A DNA stretch of 64,000 bases from Octopus sinensis (lineage: Eukaryota), in contig NW_021833043.1 in assembly GCF_006345805.1 (NCBI RefSeq), forward strand, positions 23,039-87,038, written 5' to 3'. Each line of letters starts with the position of its first letter. Within the stretch, counting starts at the first letter, position 1. Below the pieces are notes generated by a model. The model was not told where the DNA came from and made no database searches. It saw nothing but the letters and a program-made list of their open reading frames with translations. Of this stretch, positions 40,101 through 54,078 are shown one piece after another. Both the position numbers and the translations under genes were made by a program.

Positions 40101-42281
40101 TGTGATAATGTTTACTATTCTACACAAGTTTTACAGCTACAATACTACTACTACAACTACTACTGGTGATAATGATTTTTCGTTCATTTATTTTTGCATC
40201 TGCAATTTCCATGCTTGCATGGGTTAGATGAGTATGTTACCAAGTCAGTGTTTTACAACGGGATGCTCTTCCTGTCACTTACCCTAACCTGTTCCCTGAA
40301 TAAACGGATGTCTACTTCAAACACAAAATGCAGGCAGAGGATTAGTTGAAGGCAGAAATGACAACACCATTACTGCTTGCAACTCAGTGACCTAAAGAGA
40401 AGCACAAGTGTAAACCATATGTACACATTGCCAACCCCGAAAGGATGATAGACAAAGTCGACCTCAGCGGAATTTGAACTCAGGACATAGAAGACGGATG
40501 AAATACCACTAAACATTTTACCCGGAATTATCTTTCATGACTTCACTCCAAGCCCTATATTTCTGGGTTTCCAAGAGTGGCTGGAGGATTGGAGGAGAGG
40601 GAGAGAAGGAAAGAAATCACTCTCAGGCTAATGAATGGACCTCCTTTAAGTCACAAATGACCATGGGATTGCACCTAGAAAGTTCCCTCCAAGGCACAAA
40701 TCAAGACAAGGTGATTTATGGAAGACTGGCAGTCGCCCATGCATACCAGCCTCCCCTCTGAATGCCAACAATATTATCCAAGTGAAAGGCAAAGGGGTCG
40801 ATACAGCTTGGCACCAGTGACATTGCAACTCATTTCTACAGCTGAGTGAACTGGATCAACATGAAATAAAGTGTCTTGCTCAAGAACACATTATAATAAT
40901 AATCATAAAGGCACACGGCCTGAAATTTGGTGGGAGGGGACTAGCTGATTACATTGACCCCAGAACACAACTGGTACTTAATTTACCAATCCTGAAAGGA
41001 TGAAAGGCAAAGTTGACCTTGGCAGGATTTGAATTCGGAACACAGCGATGGGCGAAACACTGTTAAGCATTTCATCCAGAATGCTAACAACTCTGATGGC
41101 TCCATTACCTCGATAATAATAATAATCCTTTCTACTATAGGCACAAGGCCTGAAGTTTTGGGGGAGGGGGCCAGTCGATTCGATCGACCCCAGTATGCAA
41201 CTGGTACTTAATTTCTCGACTCCGAAAGGATGAAAGGCAAAGTCGACCTCAGCGGAATTTGAACTCAGAACGTAATGACGGCGAAATACTGTTAAGCATG
41301 CTAACAATTTTGCCGGCTCACCGCCTTGATAATAATAATAATAATAATAATGAAATATTATTTCTAATTTTGGTACAAGAGTAGCAATTTTGAGGAGAAG
41401 GGCCAAGTTGGTTACATGGTCTCCTCAGTACTTTGGCTAATTGTTTTAGGTGCTACTATAACTGGGAGCAAACATAGACATTCTCTCTTTTGGTTCTCCC
41501 ACATTTGGTCCCTATGTTGCAATGGAACATTCAGGATCTGGCAGCTGGAGTGAGAAAGAGAGAGAGAGACCAGCAGTCAGTGGCTGCTCATTTCCAGCTG
41601 AGTGAATTGGAGTAATGTGAAATGATGAATCTTGCTCTCAAGGGCACAAAAACACTACCCTGTCGAAGAACTGAACCCACGACATTATGACGATGAGGTC
41701 AACAGCCTAAATCACAAGGCCACATGCCTCCTCATTGAAGCAGTCAAGAGATATTGAGAGCTGGTTCCTCTGGTCACTTCTTTGTAAAGACAGCAGAGAA
41801 GCTATGGAGGGAGATAAAACCAGGATATAAAGCAGGGTACATGAATAACTAGAGGGGAAGAGGCGTTTGTGGATTTTCATTAGGGGCCTTGATGGCGCTA
41901 AGTTTAGAGTCTTCATAGGGACATCCGCAGGCAAAGATCACTGCTTCAGTCGAGCAAGAAGAAAATATCTACAGCAGAGTGAACAGGAGAGAGAAAGAGA
42001 GCATAATGTACAGTGTGTGTGTGCATGTGTAGTGTGTGTGTGGCTTTGTATACAGATGAGTGAGTGCATGTATATACATGGTAATATGATGCGCTTGAAT
42101 GTGTGTGTATGTGTGTACATGTGTATGTGTATTCAGACAAGCTTTGTTTAACTTGGTCTCTGTGTGTGTGTATGCATGCATATACACATCTATACTTCTA
42201 CATCTACATATATATATATAATATAAATATATATGTTTATATAAATATAAATATATATGTTTATATAAATATAAATGTGTA

Positions 42282-42322
<41 letters not shown>

Positions 42323-42559
42323 ATATATATATATATATATATGAGTGAATGTGTTTGGGTACATGTCTGTATGTGCTTGTGTGCAGGTATACCATGCATT
42401 AGACACTGTGCGCATAAAGTGCAGTCATCAGATTCTAAATAATCTGTATCTGTTCAACGTTGCATCAATGCACCATGTATATACCTATATAGCTATGGAC
42501 ACAATATACACAAATACATATATAATAATATTATACATATATATATATAATATATAAGC

Positions 42560-42591
<32 letters not shown>

Positions 42592-44722
42592 TTATATTTA
42601 TAATTATATATACATATATATATTTATATATGCATATATATTTATGAAATACATATATATATATATACAATATACATATGTATATATAAATTTTATATAT
42701 TATATACGTACTTATATATAATATATATACATGTATATATAATATGTAATATATATGTATATGTATATAAATATATAATACATAATATATATAATATATA
42801 TGTATAATATGTATATATATATAATACATATATATAATATAATATATATATAGTATATATATTATATATATATATAATTGTATATATATATAATATATAT
42901 ATATAGTATATGTAGCATATATATAATATATACATATGTATATACATATAAATATATATAAAATATAATATATTACATATATATATATGAAATGTATATA
43001 TATATATATATATATATATACAATATATTTTATATAGGTAAAATATAATATATATGTATACATATATATAATATACACATGCATCAATACAATATTGAAA
43101 TATGAAAAAGTATAAACACATATACTATATATATGTATTTATATATATATGTATATATACACATACACACATACACGAATACACATATACATATATATAC
43201 ATATTCACATATCCACATATAGTAAAACATTTCGGCTCACCCACGGACATGTACTTGCTGATATGAGTTAGTAAAAGAGGGCGGAAGGGCTATAATGGGT
43301 TTCTCAGGGGTTAAGGGTTTTGGGGCATAAGGGTTAGCAGATGGTGGGGGCCATTCGGGGGTGAATGGCAAGGTTGGTTGATTGCAGCGTTACTTTGTGG
43401 GAGGGTTGACAGAGTGGATAGGAGGAGATTCAAGACAGCGAGAGACAGAGGGTTGAAAGGAAGGGTGTAAGCATCAAAATGAAGGGTGTGTGGATTTGGG
43501 GAGGGGGTCCTCATGGTGGCGGTGGTGACAGTGGTGGGGGTGGTGGTGGTGGTGGCTGATAGTAGTGTTAGCAGTGGAGGTGATATTGATAGTGGTAGAG
43601 GTGGTGCTGTTACTGATGTAGCTGATGGTGGTAGTGTTGGTGGTGGTGGTGGTAGTAGTAGTGTTAGTAACTGAGGTGGTGGTGGTGGTGGTGGTGTCGT
43701 TTGTAGGTGGAGGTGTTAGTGCTGGTAGTAAGAACAGAGGCTTTAGTGGTTGTACTGTTACTGAGGGGTGGGTGGTAATGGTGGTGTTGGAGGGGGCTGT
43801 AAGGTAATCATAGTGGTGACGGTGGTGCTGGAGTGGGGTGCAACACAATCATAGTGGTGATGGTGGTGGTGGTGGTGATAAAAATGATGGTGGGAGTGTT
43901 GATGATGATGGTGATGGTGGTGATGGTGGTGGTGGTGGTGGTGGTGGTGAGACAGTAGTCAGTGATGGTGTGTGTATTAATCATCACCATCATCATCATT
44001 TAACATCAATGTCCCATACAGGCACAGATTGGATGGTTTGACAAGATATGATGGACCCAAATATTGCGTTGTGCTCCAGTGTCTACTTTGGCATCTTTTC
44101 TACAGCTGGATACTCTTTCTAATGCCAAGACTCTTTACAGCATGGCCTGGGTGCTTTTTTTTTCCCCCTCCATGCCACCAGTAATAGTGAGGGTCCCCAC
44201 ACAGCAAACAAACTACAAACCCCCAAGGAATAAGGAGCAGCTTTATGCTAGGAGATGAGCAGGGAGCAGAGGGGTTTATCTTTACATACATTTGGGTGCA
44301 TGTTTAGCAAAAGGAAATTAAAGGGAATTTATTTTTTTAGCTCCCGGACAGCTCTGATCCAACAAAAGAGCCATGATAAAGACAATTTAATTATGACCAT
44401 TCCATCTATTTCTTTTCATACAATGTCATCATCATCATCATCATCATCATAACTTAATGATCATTTTCCCTGCTGGCATGGATTGTATGGTTTGACAGGA
44501 GCTGGTGAGCCAGAGAACTGTACCAAGCTCTACTGTCTAATTCAGTATGGTTTCTATGGCTAGATGCCTTTCCTAATGCCAAACATTTTAAAGAGTATAC
44601 TGGGTGCTTTTTATATGGCACCAGCACCAGCAAGGTCACCAAGTAACTTGAAAGACAAAGACCCTTCAACTGAGAGGGTAAGTAGTATTGAGGGAAGTAG
44701 CTTTTGTACAGGTGTTCAGAGA

Positions 44723-45243
44723 TTAACTCTTTTGATACCAACCCTCCTGAAACTGCCTCTGGTTCCATAGTACAAATGTCCTGTTTTCAAAAGTTTATCA
44801 TACCATCATCATCGTTTGCCCTTCCTAATACCAACCACTCTGAAGGTTCTGAATTACAATCTTCCACCAAACCTTAGTCATAATTTATGTCCCTAACACT
44901 AGCTTAATAACGAAGTTATTTTACTAAATTCTTTGTTGTATTTAAAATTAATTGAAAGAAACATGAAGCATCTCAACAGAAATGTGGTAAGAAAAGGGCT
45001 AGCAAATAATTAATTTAACCCTTTTGATACCAACCCGGCTGAAACTGCCTCTGGCTCTGAGTACAAATGTCTTGTTTCCATAAGTTTTGAATTAAAATCT
45101 TCCACCAAACCTTAGTCATAATTTATGTTCTTAACACTAGGTTAATGATAACGAAGTTATTTTACTAAATTCTTTGTTACATTTAAAATTAATTGAAAGA
45201 AATACAGAGCATCTCAACAGAAATATGGTAACAAAAGGGTTAA
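44723..45243. mobile_element. Two tandem units of the same piggyBac-like MITE
   Basis: Same sequence as the 18.1-18.9 kb units, with TTAA flanks and the same 20-nt linker. The first unit carries a SINE-tail fragment at ~44795-44845. Confidence 0.8.
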
Positions 45244-46059
45244 AGTATGTTAGGGGGGACGGAAATAGGTGTCTTGCTGTAGAGCAGGTACAGGGTAGCC
45301 TATATCTTGAATGATAATATCCAATAGGCCCTTCCTGTTACAAAATGATAGGGTTTAGGTTTGATGTTATGACCAGTTGGTTGTTATTTCTAGCAAGTAG
45401 AATGATGCCCATAAAGATTCTCTTTGTCATTGTCTTATGTCCTGGTGTAGCAGACTTGTGATGATCAAAGACATTCCAATCTCGACCATCCAGTCTTTTT
45501 GTCAGACACGACATATATCTAGGACTACAATATCTAGAGTATCCTTCCATTTTTTAAAAAATAAAACTTGCATAATATGATTTGAGAAAGATTTGGTCAC
45601 TGCTTCTAGGAAGTCAATTGATCACAAAGAGGGCTACCTCATTCTCTATTTCGTGGTGATGGTGGTGGGTGGTGGTGGTAGTAATGGTGATAGTGATGAG
45701 GTGGTAACAGTAGTGGAGGTGCTGGTACTGATTTGATGGTGGTAGTGGTTGTGATGGTGATGGTGGTAGTGCAGAGGGATGAGGCGGGGTGCATTGTAGT
45801 GATAGTAGTGAAGATGGTGTCATGGTGGAGGCAGTGATGACGATGAAAATGTTGGTAGTCATGATGGTTTGAAAAAGGTGGTGGTGTTGGGGATGATGCA
45901 GGTGGTGGTAATAAATGAGGTGATGGTGATGGTGAAGATGACGAAGGTGGTGCTGGCAGTAAAAATGACCATCACAACGATAATAATGGCAATGATAGTG
46001 GGAACGAAGACAGTGATGGTCATATCCAAATACATGTTTTATTTTCTAGGGACTGGATA

Positions 46060-46960
46060 AATTAAGTACCAGTACACAACTGGTACTTAATTTATCGACC
46101 CCGAAAGGATGAAAGGCAAAGCTGACCTCGGTGGAATTTGAACTCAGAACGTAATGACAGACGAAATACCTATTTCTTATTTCTTTATTACCCACAAGGG
46201 GCTAAACATAGAGGGGACAAACAAGGACAGACATAGGTATTAAGTCGATTACATCGACCCCAGTGCGTAACTGGTGCTTAATTTATCGACCCCGAAAGGA
46301 TGAAAGGCAAAGCTGACCTTGGTGGAATTTGAACTCAGAAAGTAATGACAGACGAAATACCTATTTCTTATTTCTTTATTACCCACAAGGGGCTAAACAT
46401 AGAGGGGACAAACAAGGACAGACATAGGTATTAAGTCGATTACATCGACCCCAGTGCGTAACTGGTGCTTAATTTATCGACCCCAAAAGGATGAAAGGCA
46501 AAGCTGACCTCGGTGGAATTTGAACTCAGAACGTAATGACAGACGAAATACCGCCAAGCATTTCTCCCAGCGTGCTAACGTTTCTGCCAGCCCGCCTTCA
46601 CTGGTGCTTAATTCATCAACCTCGAAAGGATAAAAGGCAAAGGTGACCTCGACGGAATTTGAACCCAGAACGTAGCGACGGGCAAAATACTGCTAAGCAT
46701 TTTGTCCAGCATGCTAACAATTCTGCCAGCTCACCACAGCCTTTAATAATAACAATAATGGTTTCAAGTTTTTGGCACAAGGCCAGCAATATCAGGGCAA
46801 GGGTTAAGTTGATTTCATTGAGCCCAGTATTGAACTGGTACTTATTTTTTCAGCCCCGAAAGGATGAAAGGCAAAGTCGGCCTTCATGGAATTTGAACAC
46901 AGAATTAAAGGCTAAGCATTTTGCCCAGCATGCTAACAAGTCAACTAGTTCACCACCTTA
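46060..46960 (-). mobile_element. SINE family A cluster including a 191-bp tandem self-nested variant
   Basis: acgaaatac recurs at 46161, 46352 and 46543. The same composite occurs at ~57100-57400. Confidence 0.85.
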
Positions 46961-47903
46961 TCTTTTATGACTTCACCCCCCCCCCCCCCCCAAACCCTAT
47001 ATCCCAGGGTTTCCAAGACTGGCTGGGGAAGTGGAGGTAGGGAAGGCGGGAGGAAGAAGGAAATTACTCTCAGAACAATGACTTGGTTCCAATGCTTCCT
47101 CCAACAGAGTGAACTCTTCTGAGGGAACCCAAAGGGCAGGTGATGGTGGTGGTGGTGGTGGTGATGGTGGTGGTGGTGATGGTTGAGGTGATGGTGATAG
47201 TGCAGGTGCTGATGGTGTCGGTTGTGGTGGTGACAGGAGGGTTGTGGTTGTGGCGAAGATCGTGGTGCTGCTGCTGCTGGTGATGGTGATGGTTGTGGTG
47301 GTGATAGCAGTGGTGGTAGTAGTATTGGTGATGGCTGTTGTTGTTGTGGTGGTGGTGGTGGTTGTAATGGTGATGGTGCTGGTTGTGATAGTGTTGTGGC
47401 TGTGGTGGTGGCAGTGGTGGAGGTGGTTGTTGTGATGGTAATGGTGGTGGTGGTGGTGGTAGTAGTAGTGATGGTGGCAGTGGTTGTAGTGATAGTGGTA
47501 GTGATTGCTCAATTAAGTCTTCAGCCACACCTAAATCAAGTGCCATTGTGAACATGCATATGTGTGCGTGTATGCATGTGTAGAAAGATGCATCTGTATG
47601 TATGTGTGTGTGTAAGTATGTGTGAATGTGAAGTGTGTATATGTATATATGTATGTATGTGATACCATACATACATATGTATACAGCAACAGAAAAATAA
47701 GCAAAACAAAAAATATTAAGTAAACGAAAATAAAGAAACAAATAAAATAAACTTGGAAAAAAAAATCAAACCACAAATTTCAGATTGAAATTGATAAGTG
47801 AATAATTGGAAATTAAATAACCTAGACGCGGAATGTAAAATATAATTTGCCACAAGATACCAAATGACAGAAAGTATATAGAAACGGGTACGTATATATG
47901 GTG

Positions 47904-47968
<65 letters not shown>

Positions 47969-48294
47969 CATATATATACATACATATATACATATATATA
48001 CATACATATATATATGCATATATATATACATAATATTACATACATATATATATGCATATATATATACATATATATATACATATATATACATATATACTAT
48101 ATATCATATATATATATACATACATATACATACATAGATATATACATACATAACATACACTATATATATACAAATCATATACATACATATATATATATAC
48201 ATACATATACATACATATAGATATATACATACATATATATATACACTATTATATATACATACATTACACATATATACATATAGATTATATATTA

Positions 48295-48325
<31 letters not shown>

Positions 48326-48927
48326 TAATATATATATACATATATATACATACATAATACATATATTACATACATATATATATGCATATATATATACATA
48401 TATAGATACATACTATATATATGCATATATATATACATATATCATATATATATATTATAATAATATATATATATACATATATATATACATACATACATAC
48501 ATATATATATACATACATATACATACATATATATATACATACATATACATCTATATATATACATACACATATATATTATACATATATATATACATCCATA
48601 TACATAATATATACATACATATATATATACATATATACATACATATACATACATTATATACATACATATATCATACATAATATATAGATATATATAATAC
48701 AATACATATATACATACATATATATATATATACATATATATCCTACATATATATATACATACATACATATATATATATATACATATATACATACCTACAT
48801 ACATACATACATATATATATCTATATCTATGGTCATAAGTACATATATATAAATATACATATATGATGATATATACATATACATTTCTTAATTTGCCAGA
48901 AGCAGACACATTTATAGGGATCACAAT

Positions 48928-49380
48928 GAACTCCCTACTGTCTAATATAGGGAACCAAAAACAAACTGCTTATTGTTTAGAAAAATGAGTCAAAACAATC
49001 TCTGGAATATCTAAAAATAGGGAGGTAAAACAACTACCATACTGTCTAAAAAATAGGGACGAAAACATACTCCCTACTGTCCTAAATAGGAAGTAAAACA
49101 ACCTCTCCACTGTCTTACACAGGGGCTAAAACAAACGATCTACTGTCTAAAATAGGGACCAATACAACTGCCTTATTGTCTAAAATAGGCACAAAAACAT
49201 TCCCTACTGTCCTAAATAGGGGTGAAAACAAATTCCCCTTCTGTGCAACATAGAGGTCAATACAAACTACCTTCTGTCTAAAATAGGGACCAAAGCAACG
49301 GCCTTACTGTCTAAAATGGGGACAAAAACACACTCCCTACTGTCCTAAATAAGGATAAAAAAAAAAAACTTCCCTACTGA
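48928..49380. repeat. Degenerate ~30-bp minisatellite
   Basis: Recurrent ctccctactgtctaaaatagggac(c)aaaac motif. Confidence 0.7.
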
Positions 49381-50069
49381 ATTGTAAATGTGGGGCCTAC
49401 ACAAACTTGTAGTTGGAATTCAGAATAGTTACTTGAAGCTCTTAATGTCTCCCTCAACAAACTATCAAGTATTTATGAAATGGGAACTAAATGAGCCACC
49501 ACTCAATGAGTAGGAAGTGAACAGTTTAGATTCTTTGGTAAAAGGGCCTTCTGCTATAATTTCAGTAAAATGGCTGCCACTGTTAATAAAAATCCAGAAG
49601 CGGACAACAGCTCTGCACATAGTGCTCACCAATATGTATACATAGCCGTTTAGCATTTAAACCAGCCGTATCAGGATCAAATATTCTACCTGTTTGTGTT
49701 CAAACCAACCAGATGTGGCCTCTTACACCTACCCTACAACGTTACTCTCAGAATAAGCAATCACTTCGCCAAAATCTCGAAGCAATGAGATAATGTTCAT
49801 GCATTAATTTAAAAGCATTGGTGAATAAATAAGCATGACATTTGACAGAGTAATCTGATTGCCAAAGGGGTACACTGCACGACCAAAAGCACAGATGCAA
49901 ACAAAGAACTCACAAATGCACACACAGATGAAAGCATTAGACATTCTCACATATACCTATGCAAACACATCAGACATAAACGCACTCAGACAGACAGTAA
50001 GGTGCTTATATGACCAATGACCAATCAGTAGAGAGCAACACAGAATATATCCCAAAACCTATATATAAA

Positions 50070-50454
50070 TCTCTATATATATAAAGCTGAAGTTGTCTGT
50101 GTATGGCAGGTTTGGTAGCCTTCAACTAACACTATCTCCTCCGAGACCCTGCAGCGCAAGTTGACAAAATGAGAGTATGATAGAAGAAGGCTTGCTCTTC
50201 CTTCTGTAGAAGAAAAAATTCAAATCGGACCATGTTAACACCAAAAATTATTTACGTCAAAAAGGTGCTTTTTTTCTATGAAAATCCCTATTTTTTTACG
50301 ATTTTTTGACTGCTGTGTCACCATTTTTCAGTGTATTTCAACAAAAATGTTCACTTAAAGAGAATAACAGGCTACATAATAACAAATTTTTACTTTTTAA
50401 ATTCCAATTCTAAAGGGTCAAAACAACCCGAGCAATGCTAGGCGATACTGCTAG
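50070..50454 (+). mobile_element. Non-autonomous Helitron-like element
   Basis: Starts A|TC, ends CTAG|T, with a GC-rich subterminal hairpin remnant cccgagcaatgctagg. No TSD. Confidence 0.55.
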
Positions 50455-50564
50455 TATATCTATATCTACCTATCCTCTATCTATATATATTAATATATAT
50501 ATATATATATATAATTATATATATAACAAGTAAGGTTGTAAGGTACCACACAAGTGAAAATATA

Positions 50565-50995
50565 TATGAAAGAAGGTTTGAAAAAACAATGGACTTTTAA
50601 AAATGTTTATTGACTTGACCGGTTTCACTTTTTTAGAAAAAAAATTGTCTAAAGTAAGATGTAAAGCTTTGTATGAGATTTGTTGTGTTACGTACTGGTT
50701 ATCACAAAAGTATTAAAATACATATATACATTCTTTGATAATAATAAAAAAAATTTTAGAAACAGTATACAAGAAAGTACTTATTGTAGTCTTGTCCTCG
50801 AATACTTTCTTGTAAACTGCTTTTAAAGAAGGTGTAACTGTATTTTAATACTTTTGTACTAACCTGTATTTAACACAACAACTCTCATACAAAGCTTTAC
50901 ATTTTACTTTTGACAATCTTTTTCTAAAAAAGTGAAACCAGTCAAGTCAATAAACATTTCTAAACGTCCATTGCCTTTTCAAACCTTCTTTCATA
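50565..50995. repeat. Large fold-back element, ~157-bp imperfect arms plus an inner hairpin
   Basis: 50565-50722 is inverted at 50839-50995. Inner arms at ~50755-50779 and ~50803-50827. Confidence 0.85.
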
Positions 50996-51022
50996 CACAC
51001 ACATTTATATATGTATATATAT

Positions 51023-51077
<55 letters not shown>

Positions 51078-52129
51078 TTATATATATATCTTCGCTTATC
51101 TAACCCTTGTCGTTCTATGTTACTATTAGTTTCAAAATTTCCCACACAAGAATTGACATCTCACTGACAGTAATCTTCAACTAAATAAGGGATTTAAATT
51201 TTAAAAATTAAGTACTTCTTCAGTTTTTAAATCAGCTCTTACATTCATTGAATTGAGCACTTTTCCTTGTGGTACATGCAACTTGCTTGTTCCTTTTACA
51301 AGTGTAAATTCCCCAATTTTCCAACCACTCTGCACGAGACTAATGCAAACAGAGGTTCTGTTTAACGCAAACAAAAGCTTGTTAATGCACCCACATATGT
51401 ATATATAGCATACATACATACAGGTGCACACGTATATCTCTCTGAGATGTTGATACTGTTGCTATACTTGGAGAAATGACAAATGATAAGACTTCTGGCT
51501 GCAAAACGATCACTTGGCTAATACTTCAAATGACAGCACTGCTTTCTCTCTCTGCTTCACTAATATATATGTGTGTATGCGTAGATATATATATCTATAT
51601 ATATATATTATATATATATATATATACATCATATTTGAACTTGAAGACATATTTTGAACAAACCTCTTAACCATACAACCATCCATTAACCGAACAGTAT
51701 TATAATATATATCTCAATCCATTAACATATATATTATATCATCATCATCGTTAAAACGATGATGATTGATGATATAAATATATATATGTTGGAATGGACG
51801 TGGTTGTATGGTTAAGAGGTTTGCTTTCTAACCATGTGGCTTCAAGTTCAATTCCATGATGCAACAACTTGTGTGTCACCTACTATAGCCCCGAGCAAGC
51901 CAATGCTTAATGAGAGAATTTGGTAGATGAAACTGTTTGGAAGCCCATCATATATATAATATATACATATTACATATACGTAAAGATATACATATATAGA
52001 TAGATAGATATGTGTGTATGTGTGTGTATACACACATGCATACATAAACACACATCCATATACATATACATATATGTAAATAAATGAAATAAAGACAAAT
52101 TCTTCCAAATAATAAATTCCAAAATAAAG

Positions 52130-52170
<41 letters not shown>

Positions 52171-52715
52171 GGCCGGCGACCCAAAGCAACAAAAATTATA
52201 TCGTAAAAGAAAATTACAATGTGGAAAAAGAATTGTTGCATGTGGTAAAAATGAATTTCATAACGGCACTGGGGATCAGTGGGGACGCAGACACACATGC
52301 ACATACACACACAGCAGATATATATACATACACACGAACAGATCCCACAGATTTTTCGGAAAGATGCTAGAAAAGAAAGAAAATGAAACGAATTATGAAG
52401 ACCAGAATGAAAGGTTTTCAGGATTAAAGGAATGGAATTGGATAGTGTATTCTGAGGTTGTGTGCGTATGTGTGTGTGTGTGTGTGTGTGTGAGGAGAGA
52501 GACAGAGAGAGGGAGAGAGAGAGAGGTAGAGTGCTTGTATGTGAGATATAGAAAGTCTGTCAGCATGCCTAAGAGAGCATGAATGTTGAAAGGTAAAAAA
52601 ATTATATGAGCGTTTGCATGTGTATGCATTGTGTGTGTGTATATATATGTAGATATATATATGCATGCATGTGTGTGTTTATGTATGTGTGTGTGTATAT
52701 ACATATGTATGTGTG

Positions 52716-52823
<108 letters not shown>

Positions 52824-53042
52824 CATGCACACACAAATAGTCATACATGTTTGCACATAATGCGTGTGTATGTGTGTGTAAATATATCTATATACATACT
52901 ATATACATACACCTGATGTGCAAGTATATGAAGAATATACGATAAATATATATACACACATATATATATATATATATATAATATAATATATTATATATAA
53001 ACAGATGTATATGTATATATGTACATAATGTGCACATGTATG

Positions 53043-53088
<46 letters not shown>

Positions 53089-53342
53089 TATACATACATA
53101 TATATATATATATGCATGGGTGTATGTTTGTGTGCATGTGTCACACTTGCAGGTGCTCAGACATTCAGTGCATACTGTCACACATTAGCCAGCCACATTT
53201 AGAAAACCAGTGGGGTCGGGCATGGGCCAAACAATTGGAAATTATGGCGGTGGTGGCAATGGTGGTGGTAGTGGTGGTGGTCATGGTATGAGAAGGAAGT
53301 ACATGTATGAGGTGCAGCCTTTCTTTGTATAGAATAGCTTAC

Positions 53343-53414
53343 CAGCCCTCATCCTGGAGGGACTCTTCAGAGGACTGCCTTGTGCCTGGTCACCAAAACC
53401 CTGGTCTCCTGCGG
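53343..53414 (-). CDS. Candidate 72-nt phase-1 symmetric cassette exon, probably of endophilin-A
   Basis: ccctctcttaaacag|CC...GCTG|gtaagc. Open in phase 1: (A)AGDQGFGDQAQGSPLKSPSRMRA(G). GC-rich unique island in repeat DNA, paralogous to 56665-56748. Confidence 0.68.
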
Positions 53415-54027
53415 CTGTTTAAGAGAGGGGCCGCACCAGCGGAAAATGCATTATCATCATCATCATCATCATTATTATAACAGACAGAGACAGGAAAGAG
53501 AGTAAAAGGAAAGGAACAGGAAAAAGGAAACAAAAAGCGAGAAAGACAGACAGACAAAAGTAGAGGAAGGAAGGAAAAGCAAGAAAAAAGGAGAAAGAAA
53601 GAAAGAAGGAAAGAAACAGGGTGAAAGAAGGAAAAAAGGAGAAAGAAAGAAAAGGAAGGAAGGAAGAAAGAAAGAGAGAGAAGGAAAGGAGGAAAGAAAA
53701 GCAGGAAGGCACACAACAATGAAGAAAGCAAGGAAGAGAGAAAGAGTGAAAGACAGAATTAAATGAAGGCATAAAAGGAAGAAAGAATGAATGAATGAGA
53801 GAGAGAGAAACTGACCTGTGTGTGTGTGTGTGTGTATGTCAATGTCAGTATGTATACATCTATGTATGTGTATATGAATGGATAGCTGGGTGTGTGTATA
53901 TGTGTGTGAGTGCGTGTGTGCTTGAATTGTATATATATATATTTTTTACATGTGCAATATGTGAGGGTGTGCCAATGCAGGTGGGTGTGAGGGTGTGTGT
54001 GAATATGTGTGTGTATATATATATATA

Positions 54028-54078
<51 letters not shown>

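Noticed and set aside
45420-45520. KRLDGRDWNVFDHHK resembling KKLEGRRLDFD
   Set aside because: Motif order and spacing are wrong and there are no splice sites.
51240-51357. Minus-strand ag...gtaaga segment (TSVCISLVQSGWKIGEF...)
   Set aside because: It has a stop in the phase-1 frame, no similarity to endophilin, and no other exons to partner with.
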